A model generated the notes under the pieces. It ran no database searches, had not been told where the DNA came from, and saw nothing but the letters and a program-made list of their open reading frames with translations. Shown piece by piece: positions 49,073 through 57,906 of a stretch of DNA of 64,000 nucleotides. Made by a program: the position numbers and the translations under genes. Origin of the DNA: Bdellovibrionales bacterium (GTDB taxonomy: Bacteria; Bdellovibrionota; Bdellovibrionia; Bdellovibrionales; JAGQZY01); the NCBI GenBank assembly GCA_964230645.1, contig CAXRHT010000003.1, forward strand, positions 352,001 through 416,000, read 5' to 3'. Each line of letters starts with the position of its first letter. Position 1 is the first letter of the stretch.

Positions 49073-49152
49073 CAGAGTCCTCCTGAGCATCATCCAGAGT
49101 CATCCTGAGCGAAGCGAAGGATCTAAGGTCTTTCGCTTCGCTCAAGACGACA
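49073..49152. repeat. REP-like palindromic intergenic repeat
   Basis: GTCATCCTGAGCGAAGCGAAGGATCT (49099-49124) and AGGTCTTTCGCTTCGCTCAAGACGAC (49126-49151) are complementary at 22/26 positions. There is also a 15/16 direct duplication, CAGAGTC(C/A)TCCTGAGC, at 49073 and 49095. Confidence 0.75.
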
Positions 49153-49169
49153 TGTTTTAGGTCAGAGGC

Positions 49170-49862
49170 TTAAGCCAATTCTAATAAGCCAAGCCAAAAG
49201 GGAACCTCTTGGTTGTCATTGGCTAAAAGGAGCGACAGATCTTCAAGATTAAAAGAGGTCACATCACTTTGGAAAAGCGTATTAGGAAGGTAGGTGCGAC
49301 TGACAAGGGCAATTCTGTCTTTTTTCTTTAAACGTAAGTTTCCAAACTGAATCGGAGGATGTTGTCCAAGCCCGAGCAGTTGATTGGGAAGTGGATCGTT
49401 GACGGACTTCCTTAGAGTTAAAACATTGAGATCAACGGAGTGATGCAAGGGCATGATTCCAAGGCCGTCTCTGTAAATAACTAAAGAGGGCTGGCCACAA
49501 CTAACGAAAATCCATTGCGGCCCTTCTTGAATAGCGGCGAAGATTTCAAAGCCGGCTCGGTACTCCTCTTTATTGTACTCATTAAAGATTTTCTCGCTCG
49601 CCATGATTATGGCCATTCGTAGCACATTTCCCATCTGGTGGAGATTTTCTTTGCGTGCGTAAGGTATGGTCACCTCGGTGTCTTCACCCGCCATGGTAAT
49701 AAAGCTTTTGATGGATTCGCTCACTTTTTCAGCGACGGCCTCATCTCCCCAGGGGGTAATGCAGGTAAGAAGATTCGTGGACTCCTCAAATTCCACCACC
49801 GTTGTCGGACGAAATTTTTTTCCTCCGTAAGACCTTTCTGTGACTTTAATAGGGAAAGCCAT
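49170..49862 (-). CDS. PP2C/SpoIIE-fold protein, likely catalytically degenerate
   Basis: GFEIFAA....WIFVSCGQPSLVIYRDG and QLLGL...P.......L...DRIALVSRT parallel the PP2C motifs but lack the Asp of GD and DG. Confidence 0.55.
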   Translation of the reverse strand: MAFPIKVTERSYGGKKFRPTTVVEFEESTNLLTCITPWGDEAVAEKVSESIKSFITMAGEDTEVTIPYARKENLHQMGNVLRMAIIMASEKIFNEYNKEEYRAGFEIFAAIQEGPQWIFVSCGQPSLVIYRDGLGIMPLHHSVDLNVLTLRKSVNDPLPNQLLGLGQHPPIQFGNLRLKKKDRIALVSRTYLPNTLFQSDVTSFNLEDLSLLLANDNQEVPFWLGLLELA

Positions 49863-51825
49863 ACTGCTTCATCTTCCTTCTTGCTTTGATATAGTACTCA
49901 CCATCTTCGATATCTTTTTTAAGAATTTCTTCCCACTTCACCCGACTGGCCTCTAAATTACTAAAACGCTCTTCAATCACACTATCCATATAGATCAATT
50001 TCATTTTATTCTTCAGTTCTTTCTCGGCTTGAAAGAGAAAAGCAGAGATTTTTGGATCATAAGGGTCAACGATTTGTGCTTTTCGGGCCTTTTTGATCGC
50101 TTCTCTTAAGTTCTTTTGGTTGTACTGAGTTTGAGCCTGATCCATTAAAGCTTTCTTTTTTGAGTTAATTTGATACTCAATACTAGAAAGTTTTCTTTTT
50201 GATTTTTTGACTAAGCGGCTGGGGTCAGGAAGTCCTGAGTGGATATGGTTTTCGTAAGCTTCAATGGCCTTGAGCCAGTCTTGTTTTTTATGGAGATTAC
50301 GTGCTCTTTCATAAAGCTCTTCTCCTCGGCGGACTTTATCACGCTGCTCTTGAGCCATTTTTTCACGAACTTCTCGTTCTTCCTTGCGAGCTGTCACCTC
50401 AGTGATCAGTTGGGCGATACGAGGATTATTCGGATCAAGGTCTGAAGCTGGTACAAGGCAAGCCTTAGCTCCATCGATGTCCTCAGAGTCAGAGAATTGC
50501 GCTTCACACTGGGATATATAAGAGTTTACTTTTGCTTCAAGAGCCGCTTGCTCCGCACGTTGCTGCTCGATCAAAGCTCTTTGTCTTTGTACGTCGCGCG
50601 CATTGATACAATACTCTTCCATTTCACGAGACTTTTTATAGACAGGAATGATCGAGTGCAGCTTTTCAATTTGCACAAGGGCTAACTCATAGTTTTTATT
50701 CAAATAGAGTTGATTGGCGAGCTTGTAAGTCTGTTTAACAATTTTCTGTTCGGCTGGTGAGAGTTGAGTGAAAGGGTCAGAATTTTTTGCCTGTTGAGCG
50801 TTGTCTCCAGGCGCAAGTAGAAACTCCTTTGCCACAGCTGAGAAAAGGATAATCACTGCAGCTGCAATCATGATCATCTTTTTCTTTTTTTCTTTGTCCA
50901 CAGGCTTTTTCTCAAGGATTTCTTGGGCGCTGCCATCCCCAGCATCTTCGTCGTCAAGAGAAACCATGGCCACATTCTGATCAAAGAAAACCAAGGGGTT
51001 TTTGTACATATTAAGAGGTATATTGCTGACTTTGCGTTTAAAAGCCTTGTCTCTGAGTTCAAACTGTAAAGAAGTCTGTCCAATGGTAATAATGTCACCA
51101 CTTAATAGGCGAGATTGTTTTTTAGCTTTTAATTTTTGGCCGTTAAGTTCTGTGCCTTGTTGCGATCCAAGGTCGACAACAAAAAAACCTTTATCTGTTT
51201 TTGAAATTTCAAAATGACTTTGAGCCGCCGATGGTTCTTTAATATAGACAGAGGCACTTTCATGTCCCCCGACAACCCATAGGTTTCCTTCAAGACGGAA
51301 GTACTCCGATTTTTTGCCGTTTTGGCCGATAATTTTTATATAAGGAAGGCCTGAAAAACTGTGGATAGAAGTCTTTTCATCATTGCCACCAAAAGTGTCC
51401 GCTTCCTCATCGACATCCTGATCGTCGGAAAGAGAGGGCTCTGGATTTTGTACGGCCATCGCATTCTCGTCTTGGTCTGAAAAATCCGAGTCTTGATCAA
51501 AAGCATCCTCATCGTCTGTTAAAGAGTTGCTTTCTCCACCCTCAAATTTAAATGTATAAGGAGGCAGTGAAAATTGGCCGTTTCCTTCAATGATAAAGTC
51601 TTTGCGGTCCTCGCCATTGATTTGGATCAGTTTAATAGCTGAGAGCACATTCACTCTCCATGTTCCTGGTCCTTCTTCTATCAATTCAAAATGTTGCCTT
51701 GAAATTCCAGGAAGTTTATCAAGCTGAATGTCGCAATTGTCTTTGCGACCCACGGTGTAGGTGCCACCTGGCTTGAGGTCTAATTCGGCAAATTGTTCTT
51801 TGTCTTTATAGGCAAACAGCTTCAT
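49846..51825 (-). CDS. Tandem-FHA, transmembrane, TPR protein
   Basis: FHA1 VGR...CDI...ISRQH; FHA2 HFEI..FVVDLGS..GT.LNG; acidic linker; one TM; TPR-like C-terminus. ATG 51825 overlaps the upstream stop (TGATG). Confidence 0.85.
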   Translation of the reverse strand: MKLFAYKDKEQFAELDLKPGGTYTVGRKDNCDIQLDKLPGISRQHFELIEEGPGTWRVNVLSAIKLIQINGEDRKDFIIEGNGQFSLPPYTFKFEGGESNSLTDDEDAFDQDSDFSDQDENAMAVQNPEPSLSDDQDVDEEADTFGGNDEKTSIHSFSGLPYIKIIGQNGKKSEYFRLEGNLWVVGGHESASVYIKEPSAAQSHFEISKTDKGFFVVDLGSQQGTELNGQKLKAKKQSRLLSGDIITIGQTSLQFELRDKAFKRKVSNIPLNMYKNPLVFFDQNVAMVSLDDEDAGDGSAQEILEKKPVDKEKKKKMIMIAAAVIILFSAVAKEFLLAPGDNAQQAKNSDPFTQLSPAEQKIVKQTYKLANQLYLNKNYELALVQIEKLHSIIPVYKKSREMEEYCINARDVQRQRALIEQQRAEQAALEAKVNSYISQCEAQFSDSEDIDGAKACLVPASDLDPNNPRIAQLITEVTARKEEREVREKMAQEQRDKVRRGEELYERARNLHKKQDWLKAIEAYENHIHSGLPDPSRLVKKSKRKLSSIEYQINSKKKALMDQAQTQYNQKNLREAIKKARKAQIVDPYDPKISAFLFQAEKELKNKMKLIYMDSVIEERFSNLEASRVKWEEILKKDIEDGEYYIKARRKMKQYGFPY

Positions 51826-52760
51826 CAATACCCCCCTGTCTTCAAGAGGCGGCACTCTTCGTAATGGGTTTTTGCCAGTTTGTATTTTTCAGAATTCTCG
51901 TCATTGATCAGTATAAGGGCTTTCTCAAATTCAGCAGCACAGCGATCATACATTAATTTATCGCGATATTTTTGACCATCTCGCAGGTGAGTATCAATCA
52001 AATCGGCCTGCTTTTTCTTAGCTGTTTTTAAATACTGTTGGGCACGACCATGATTCTGATCACTAGCAATTGTAGTTCCAAAAGAGTCAATAGCGCGACC
52101 ATGCTGACCGTTAAGAAGGTCTCGAAAGCCTTGAATAAAATGTCTTTCTACCTGATAGAGATGTTTTTTCTGGGAGAGCTTCTTTTTCTCCTGGTAAGAC
52201 TCTCTGATCAAAGAGGTTCTTTCCTTGCTTTCTTCGATCTGCTCTTTTAGATCCTCTGAGGTTGCGAGCTTGAGCTCTTCTTGAGCGACAGGCTCTTGTT
52301 GTAGAAATTTGAAGGCAACGGCCAGGACCATAATAACACCGAGAAAGATTTTTATTGATTTCTTGTTCTGTGCCTTTTCCTTTGCCACAACCGGGTCAAC
52401 TTTAGGAGCAGGCCCTAGTTGTGGTTTCGCCTTTTCGTTGGTGCGGCTAGAGAAAACGATTTTTGTTTGACCGAAGGTAATAACATCACCGGGCTTTAAA
52501 ACGGTGTTCTTACAGGGTTGACCATTAACTTTAGTCGTTCTGCGGGAGCTAACATCCTCACAGATCACATTGTCAGTAAAGCGGATGGTGCATTGCTGGC
52601 GACTCACCTTGGGGTCAGTTAAGGTTACCTGACAACGAGGGTCGCGACCAATGCTGATGCGAGGTGGTTTAATAAGGAAAGCTTTGCCTTTATCCGGGCC
52701 GGATTCGACACGAATGATAAAGTCTACAGCTTTAAAGAGGTTTTGTTTCAGTGCACTCAC
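51825..52760 (-). CDS. FHA, transmembrane, TPR-like protein
   Basis: V.SGPDKG, IGRD..C...L.D..VSR, VNG, L.PGD.I.FG; one TM; helical C-terminus. Confidence 0.85.
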   Translation of the reverse strand: MSALKQNLFKAVDFIIRVESGPDKGKAFLIKPPRISIGRDPRCQVTLTDPKVSRQQCTIRFTDNVICEDVSSRRTTKVNGQPCKNTVLKPGDVITFGQTKIVFSSRTNEKAKPQLGPAPKVDPVVAKEKAQNKKSIKIFLGVIMVLAVAFKFLQQEPVAQEELKLATSEDLKEQIEESKERTSLIRESYQEKKKLSQKKHLYQVERHFIQGFRDLLNGQHGRAIDSFGTTIASDQNHGRAQQYLKTAKKKQADLIDTHLRDGQKYRDKLMYDRCAAEFEKALILINDENSEKYKLAKTHYEECRLLKTGGY

Positions 52761-54400
52761 TCTTCAAACCCCTCGTCGTCATCGTACACTTCTGCAAAAC
52801 ACACCACGTAGTAACTAATGTTTCCAAGCTCTTGAATGGATTTTATAGAGACCTCAAAGTTCATACCACTACCAGAGGGTAGGGGATTGGAATGTTTCTG
52901 GTTGGGATTATCGGCACACTTCTGTAAAAGGTCTTTTATATTTTCCACCAGAGAAGGGTCTGTTAAGTCGTCGACATATTTATCCTGAAGTTGATCGTCA
53001 TCAAATAGAGGATGGCCGCTGATATAGTCGTTTTGGGCCATAATCGTTTCATTTTCAGGGCTAATCGCCAGAGCAGCCACAGGAAACATCTGTACCAGTT
53101 CGTAGGCTTCCATGGATTTATCACCCACTCCAACTGACATTTGATTGGACTCATCTTCTGACATACGCGAAAGGGCGCTATTAATATTAGAAACCAGTTT
53201 CTGGAAGATGGGTGTGGGAGTTTTTAACTCTATATTATTTGAACCTTCTTTAAGAGCCATGTTCATTTCTTCATTGAGGTCATAAAGAGGTTTTGTGATC
53301 ACTTTGTAGAGGAAAAAGTAGAGCACACCACCGGCTAATATTGTAATAAGAAGAATTTGAATCATAAGACTCAAAGTTCTCGGTACATCAAGAGCCACTC
53401 GGTCTAGGTTATAAAGGACAATAGCGTAAGCAATAGGAGCCGGTTCGCCTGTTTGAGGATCAGTGTAAAGGATGGGTCTTGAAACCCCTATGCGGTTATC
53501 TAAAATCTCATGGTATCGGCCGGGCTTCTTACGAGCTCTTTGCACAAAAGGGATACTTGGAAAACGTCCTCTTTGTTTTACTGGCGCGATCACGTGTCCA
53601 TCGAGAGCATCAATAATAAAAGCTTGGTCCACACCCGCTTCGTTTCTTACGGCGCGAACATTAACACTGATATCATTTTTGCTAATAACGTGATCTCTAT
53701 TTTCTTGTACTAAAATTTTTGCCAAAGCGTCGGCTCGCCTGGTACTTTCGTCAACAACAAAGTCCCTTGAAACCTGGATGACTGGGATGACAGAGAGGGC
53801 TGTAACAAGCACCACAAAAAAGATCACAAAAGACATGACCACATATTTAAGGTCAAATTTATAGGAGTATTCATAGACTCCTGGAAGTGCTACCTCTTCT
53901 ATATAATATTCTACTTTTTCTTGTAGACTCAAAGCGGGCTTGTTTTCTTCATCTTTTGGCTTAACACTCGAGGATAGAATCTCAACTTCATTTGAGCCTT
54001 GAACGGGCTCCATTCCAAATTCGGCATGAGCCAGGGCATTGTTACCGTGGGTCTGAGTCTGTGAAGAACGCCGAGGTCTTGAATCCATTTCTGGAAGAAT
54101 GGAGACAAACTTAGGAAGTTGAATAACATCAAACAGAACTTCACCGAGAGCAAACTTGTCACCAGAGCGCAGAGCCTGGTTCTGAATTTTCACACCATTC
54201 ACAACAACACCATTGCTGGACTGGTTGTCAGAAATAATGACCTTATCTTCCATGACCATAATTTTTGCATGGACCTTTGAGACAGAGTGACTTCGAATCT
54301 TCACCGAAGACTGAGAAGAGCGACCCAGGGTATGAGAACCCTCGTCAAGTTGGTATATTTTGCCCGCTTGTGGGCCATTTAAAACCTTAATCGCCCACAT
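52757..54400 (-). CDS. FHA-domain two-TM membrane protein
   Basis: GPQAG, LGR, VSKVHA, SSNG..VNG; two TM helices around a periplasmic domain; HAMP-like and PAS-like C-terminus. Confidence 0.85.
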   Translation of the reverse strand: MWAIKVLNGPQAGKIYQLDEGSHTLGRSSQSSVKIRSHSVSKVHAKIMVMEDKVIISDNQSSNGVVVNGVKIQNQALRSGDKFALGEVLFDVIQLPKFVSILPEMDSRPRRSSQTQTHGNNALAHAEFGMEPVQGSNEVEILSSSVKPKDEENKPALSLQEKVEYYIEEVALPGVYEYSYKFDLKYVVMSFVIFFVVLVTALSVIPVIQVSRDFVVDESTRRADALAKILVQENRDHVISKNDISVNVRAVRNEAGVDQAFIIDALDGHVIAPVKQRGRFPSIPFVQRARKKPGRYHEILDNRIGVSRPILYTDPQTGEPAPIAYAIVLYNLDRVALDVPRTLSLMIQILLITILAGGVLYFFLYKVITKPLYDLNEEMNMALKEGSNNIELKTPTPIFQKLVSNINSALSRMSEDESNQMSVGVGDKSMEAYELVQMFPVAALAISPENETIMAQNDYISGHPLFDDDQLQDKYVDDLTDPSLVENIKDLLQKCADNPNQKHSNPLPSGSGMNFEVSIKSIQELGNISYYVVCFAEVYDDDEGFEE

Positions 54401-54734
54401 AGAGAGTGTCTCCCACTTTCAAATTTGTTTTTTCAATAAACCCTGTGCCTGTTTCAAGAACAGAGTGAGCTCCAAACACAGGAGCCGGAAATCTCCAGGG
54501 TTTTAAATTCTTCTGTATTTTTTTAACTTCTCCATTTTTGCGAAGATAAACGACGTCAATAGGTATGGACATAAAGCAGGTGTGAATCCAATTGCTTTTC
54601 GGAAACCACATGCCTTGATCTTGCGAAAGACTTTTGGTGCCTATAAGGCCCAGCAACCTTGGCTTAAAAGAGTTGGCGACTTTTAAATCGGCAAGCAAGG
54701 TTTTATTTTGTTCTTTCAAAATCAACTTCGCCAC
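54387..54734 (-). CDS. DUF192-family protein
   Basis: VANSF..RL.GL.G, IHT.FM..PIDVV.L, VLE..G. GGAGG RBS supports GTG 54734. Confidence 0.88.
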   Translation of the reverse strand: MAKLILKEQNKTLLADLKVANSFKPRLLGLIGTKSLSQDQGMWFPKSNWIHTCFMSIPIDVVYLRKNGEVKKIQKNLKPWRFPAPVFGAHSVLETGTGFIEKTNLKVGDTLYVGD

Positions 54735-54735
54735 C

Positions 54736-55635
54736 TTAATTGCCTCCATAAATAAACTGCAGTCCCACAGGTGCAAAGACCATGATAAAAACAGCTGGAA
54801 TAATGAACATCATCATCGGTAATAAAATCGCTTGTGAGGCTTTGGCTCCGGCTTTCTCGGCGCGAACAAACCTTTCCAGTCGCATTTGCTCGGATTGCTC
54901 TTTAAGAACATCACCGATACTGGCGCCAGTTGAGTCAGCATCCGTTAAGACGTTTACAAAGCTTGTGACTTCCGGAATATCAAGACGACGGGCCATCGAT
55001 TTCAGGGCTTGCTCTCTGGTGCTACCAAGTCTTGTGTCTCTGAGGACTTTGTCGAGTTCTTTCGCTAGCAAACTGGATTCTGCAGAATCAGATATTTTTT
55101 GTATGGCTCCCATAAAGTCAGCACCGGCTTGGGTGGAAAGAGCGAGTAGATCCACAAAAAATGGAAGATCGATAATGATCGCTTGATAGCGTGTTTTTTT
55201 CATTTTGTTGGCATGAAGATCAGGAATCATCCAGCCAAAGGGAATAGCGATAACAAAAACGAACCAAGGATAGCCTAGGACAAGAGAGAAATTCAAAATG
55301 GCAAGAAGGACTGGAAAGAAAAGACCCCAGAGAAGCTTTAAGCCAATAAACTCATCCACGTTGAGCTCGTTTTCAAGCCCACCAGTCATGATTTTGTATT
55401 CGATATCTTTTCGGAAGCTCTCTCGCTTAATTCGCTTGGCGTATTTGAGTGTGAGTTGATGCACAAGCGGGCGAGACCAGTTAATGATTGGAGATTCCGA
55501 TTTATCCGGTTGGTCGCCAGTGGCCCATGACAGAGCTTTACTATCTTCGTTGACTACGAAAATGGTATACACGGTCCATAAGACGGAGAAACCAGCCATC
55601 AATATTCCCAAGTACAACAAATAATCGCTTCCCAT
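54736..55635 (-). CDS. tadC: Tad pilus assembly inner-membrane protein (T2SS F family)
   Basis: LP..VDLL......G..F..A, G..R..AL, G.SI..VL..QS...R..R..RAE..G.K, P....I.PA.F. Confidence 0.9.
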   Translation of the reverse strand: MGSDYLLYLGILMAGFSVLWTVYTIFVVNEDSKALSWATGDQPDKSESPIINWSRPLVHQLTLKYAKRIKRESFRKDIEYKIMTGGLENELNVDEFIGLKLLWGLFFPVLLAILNFSLVLGYPWFVFVIAIPFGWMIPDLHANKMKKTRYQAIIIDLPFFVDLLALSTQAGADFMGAIQKISDSAESSLLAKELDKVLRDTRLGSTREQALKSMARRLDIPEVTSFVNVLTDADSTGASIGDVLKEQSEQMRLERFVRAEKAGAKASQAILLPMMMFIIPAVFIMVFAPVGLQFIYGGN

Positions 55636-55664
55636 TTTTAAACCTTTTGTTTAAATAATCCCCT

Positions 55665-56264
55665 ATGCGCGAACTCTTTCTCACTTCAAAATCTCCAAGA
55701 CGAAAAGATATTCTTGAAGAGAAGGGCTATGAGTTCCACATATTCCCAATAGAAGTATCGGAAATTCTTGATAAAAACCTGAATTTACCAGACCAAATTT
55801 CCGAGTGCGCTCACCAGAAGGTGAGGGCGGCTGCCGAGTCTCCTAAGTTCCCGAAATCAGGAGACAAATTGTTACTTGGTGCGGACACTGTGGTGGTTTA
55901 CGACAAAAAAATATTGGGAAAACCCAAAAACGTTCCTGAGGCTATTAATATTTTAAACCAGCTTTCAGGCCAGGTCCATGAGGTGATTACAGGCTTTTGT
56001 CTATTTGATCTCAGTTCAAAACGTCTCATATTGGATCACGATTCAACAAGAGTGAAGTTTAAAAAATTGGATCCAAAGGTGATTGAGGACTATGTGAATA
56101 GTGGAGATCCCATGGATAAAGCCGGAGCCTATGGTATCCAAGGAGAGGCTCGGAAATTTGTGGAATCCTTTGACGGCTCTCTCTACAATGTTATTGGTTT
56201 ACCTATAGAGAAAATCGAAAAAACTTTTAAACAAGAGAATTGGATTGTTAAAAAAAAATCTTGA
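55665..56264 (+). CDS. maf: Maf-family nucleoside triphosphate pyrophosphatase
   Basis: S.SPRR, GADTVV, LGKP, H.V.TG, DKAGAYGIQG, NVIGLP. Confidence 0.95.
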   Translation: MRELFLTSKSPRRKDILEEKGYEFHIFPIEVSEILDKNLNLPDQISECAHQKVRAAAESPKFPKSGDKLLLGADTVVVYDKKILGKPKNVPEAINILNQLSGQVHEVITGFCLFDLSSKRLILDHDSTRVKFKKLDPKVIEDYVNSGDPMDKAGAYGIQGEARKFVESFDGSLYNVIGLPIEKIEKTFKQENWIVKKKS

Positions 56265-56925
56265 AAACATAGAGGCGAAACTAAAAACGGAAAAGCAGAA
56301 AAATCCCGAACTGCTCGATCCTCGCATTATCGCCGTTTCTAAAAAGCAACCTATAGAAAAAATCAGGGAACTTAATGATCTGGGTGTCACTCATTTTGGG
56401 GAAAACTATGTGCAAGAGGCCCTCGACAAAATGGAACAGCTTAAGGATTGCAATATCCATTGGCATTTTATTGGGAGTCTTCAAAGCAAGAAATTAAAAG
56501 ATATCGTTGGACGTTTTGAATATATTCATTCAGTTTCAAGACTTAAAGAAGTGGACAAAATTTCCTCGCTCATGCAGGGCCAAAATAATCCCCAAAAAAT
56601 ATTTGTACAAATAAATATCGGTAAGGAAGAGAGTAAATCCGGAGTTTTACCGGACAAAGCCTCTGATTTCTGCCAAAAAATAAAACAGACCCCGGGAGTG
56701 CAGGTGGTAGGGCTGATGTTTTTTCCACCTCTTGGTAAAGATGAAAAAGAGGATCAAAGCTGGTTTACTGAATCTCGCAAACTCTACTTAGAGATTAAAA
56801 AAAATATGGGCCCAGATTTTAACCGACTTTCCATGGGAACGAGTCAAAACTATTATATCGCCTACCGCGAGGGTGCCTCGGATCTGCGGGTGGGAGAGTC
56901 TCTCATGGGGTCAAGATCCTCATAA
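56245..56925 (+). CDS. yggS: PLP homeostasis protein
   Basis: IAVSK, FGENYVQE, WHFIG.LQ, QINIG.E.SKSG, LSMGTS, R.G. Confidence 0.95.
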   Translation: MLKKNLENIEAKLKTEKQKNPELLDPRIIAVSKKQPIEKIRELNDLGVTHFGENYVQEALDKMEQLKDCNIHWHFIGSLQSKKLKDIVGRFEYIHSVSRLKEVDKISSLMQGQNNPQKIFVQINIGKEESKSGVLPDKASDFCQKIKQTPGVQVVGLMFFPPLGKDEKEDQSWFTESRKLYLEIKKNMGPDFNRLSMGTSQNYYIAYREGASDLRVGESLMGSRSS

Positions 56926-57043
56926 TTATGTATTAAGGGCGTGCAATGGGGCCCTTCTGTTGAGACTTTGTCAAATCTTTGAATTATCAAAGCTTTTGGC
57001 CCATAATCATTGATGACCAAGTTTACAAGATGAAGGACGTGGC

Positions 57044-57874
57044 ATGAATTTCTCTTTAGCAGACAAAAAGTTAGGGATCATCGGCTTAGGAAATATGGGG
57101 CAGTCCGTTTTAAAAGCCCTTTTGAAGTCCCAAACTCTCAAAGAAGATCAGATCTATGTCCACACCCGTTCTGAGGGAAAAATAAAAAAAATTCTGTCGC
57201 GTTATAAAGTTCAGCAAACAGAAACGGCTGAGCAATTGGTCGATCAATGTGACATGATCCTTTTCAGCGTCCAACCACAAGACTTACTAGAACTTCTGGA
57301 GCCTTTACGGGGAGCCTTTACTAGTGAAAAAGTGGCTATGAGTATGGCTCCCGGAATTAGTTTGCGAACGCTCCGCAAGTACTTACCGGAACCTAGTCTT
57401 GTACGAATTATGCCCAGTGCCCCCGCTCTTGTTTCTCGCGGAGTGATTCATTTTTGCATTCCAGAATCCGACATGATTCTTGAGAAATTGGTAAAGAAAC
57501 TTTTTTCCCCTTTGGGTTATGTTGTGTCTACTGAAGAGGGGGAGGAGTTTTCAGCTCTCACTATATCCTCAGCCAGTGGAGCCCCCTTTGTTCTTGAAAT
57601 CATGAAGTATTGGCAAGATTGGATCCAGGAGTATGGATTTGAACCTGAAATTGCTAAAAAAATAGTCGTTGAAACCTTTTTAGGCGCTGCGCTACTGGCC
57701 GAAGAAAACGAAGAGACCACTTTTCACCAGCTAACAGAAAGGCTCGCGTCAAAAAAAGGGGTCACCGACGCAGGATTGTTGTCTCTGAGAGAGCTTGAAC
57801 TTGAAGGAATACTCAGAATGAGCTTTAATAAAGCACTGATGCGTGACCACGAAATAGGAAAGGAAAATTCCTAA
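57044..57874 (+). CDS. proC: Pyrroline-5-carboxylate reductase (divergent)
   Basis: IGLGNMG, V.PQ, RIMP, SASG..F, S.KG.T..G; yggS-proC context. Confidence 0.85.
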   Translation: MNFSLADKKLGIIGLGNMGQSVLKALLKSQTLKEDQIYVHTRSEGKIKKILSRYKVQQTETAEQLVDQCDMILFSVQPQDLLELLEPLRGAFTSEKVAMSMAPGISLRTLRKYLPEPSLVRIMPSAPALVSRGVIHFCIPESDMILEKLVKKLFSPLGYVVSTEEGEEFSALTISSASGAPFVLEIMKYWQDWIQEYGFEPEIAKKIVVETFLGAALLAEENEETTFHQLTERLASKKGVTDAGLLSLRELELEGILRMSFNKALMRDHEIGKENS

Positions 57875-57906
57875 TAAGGTTATGACAAAGACCAGGGAGG
57901 GAGATT

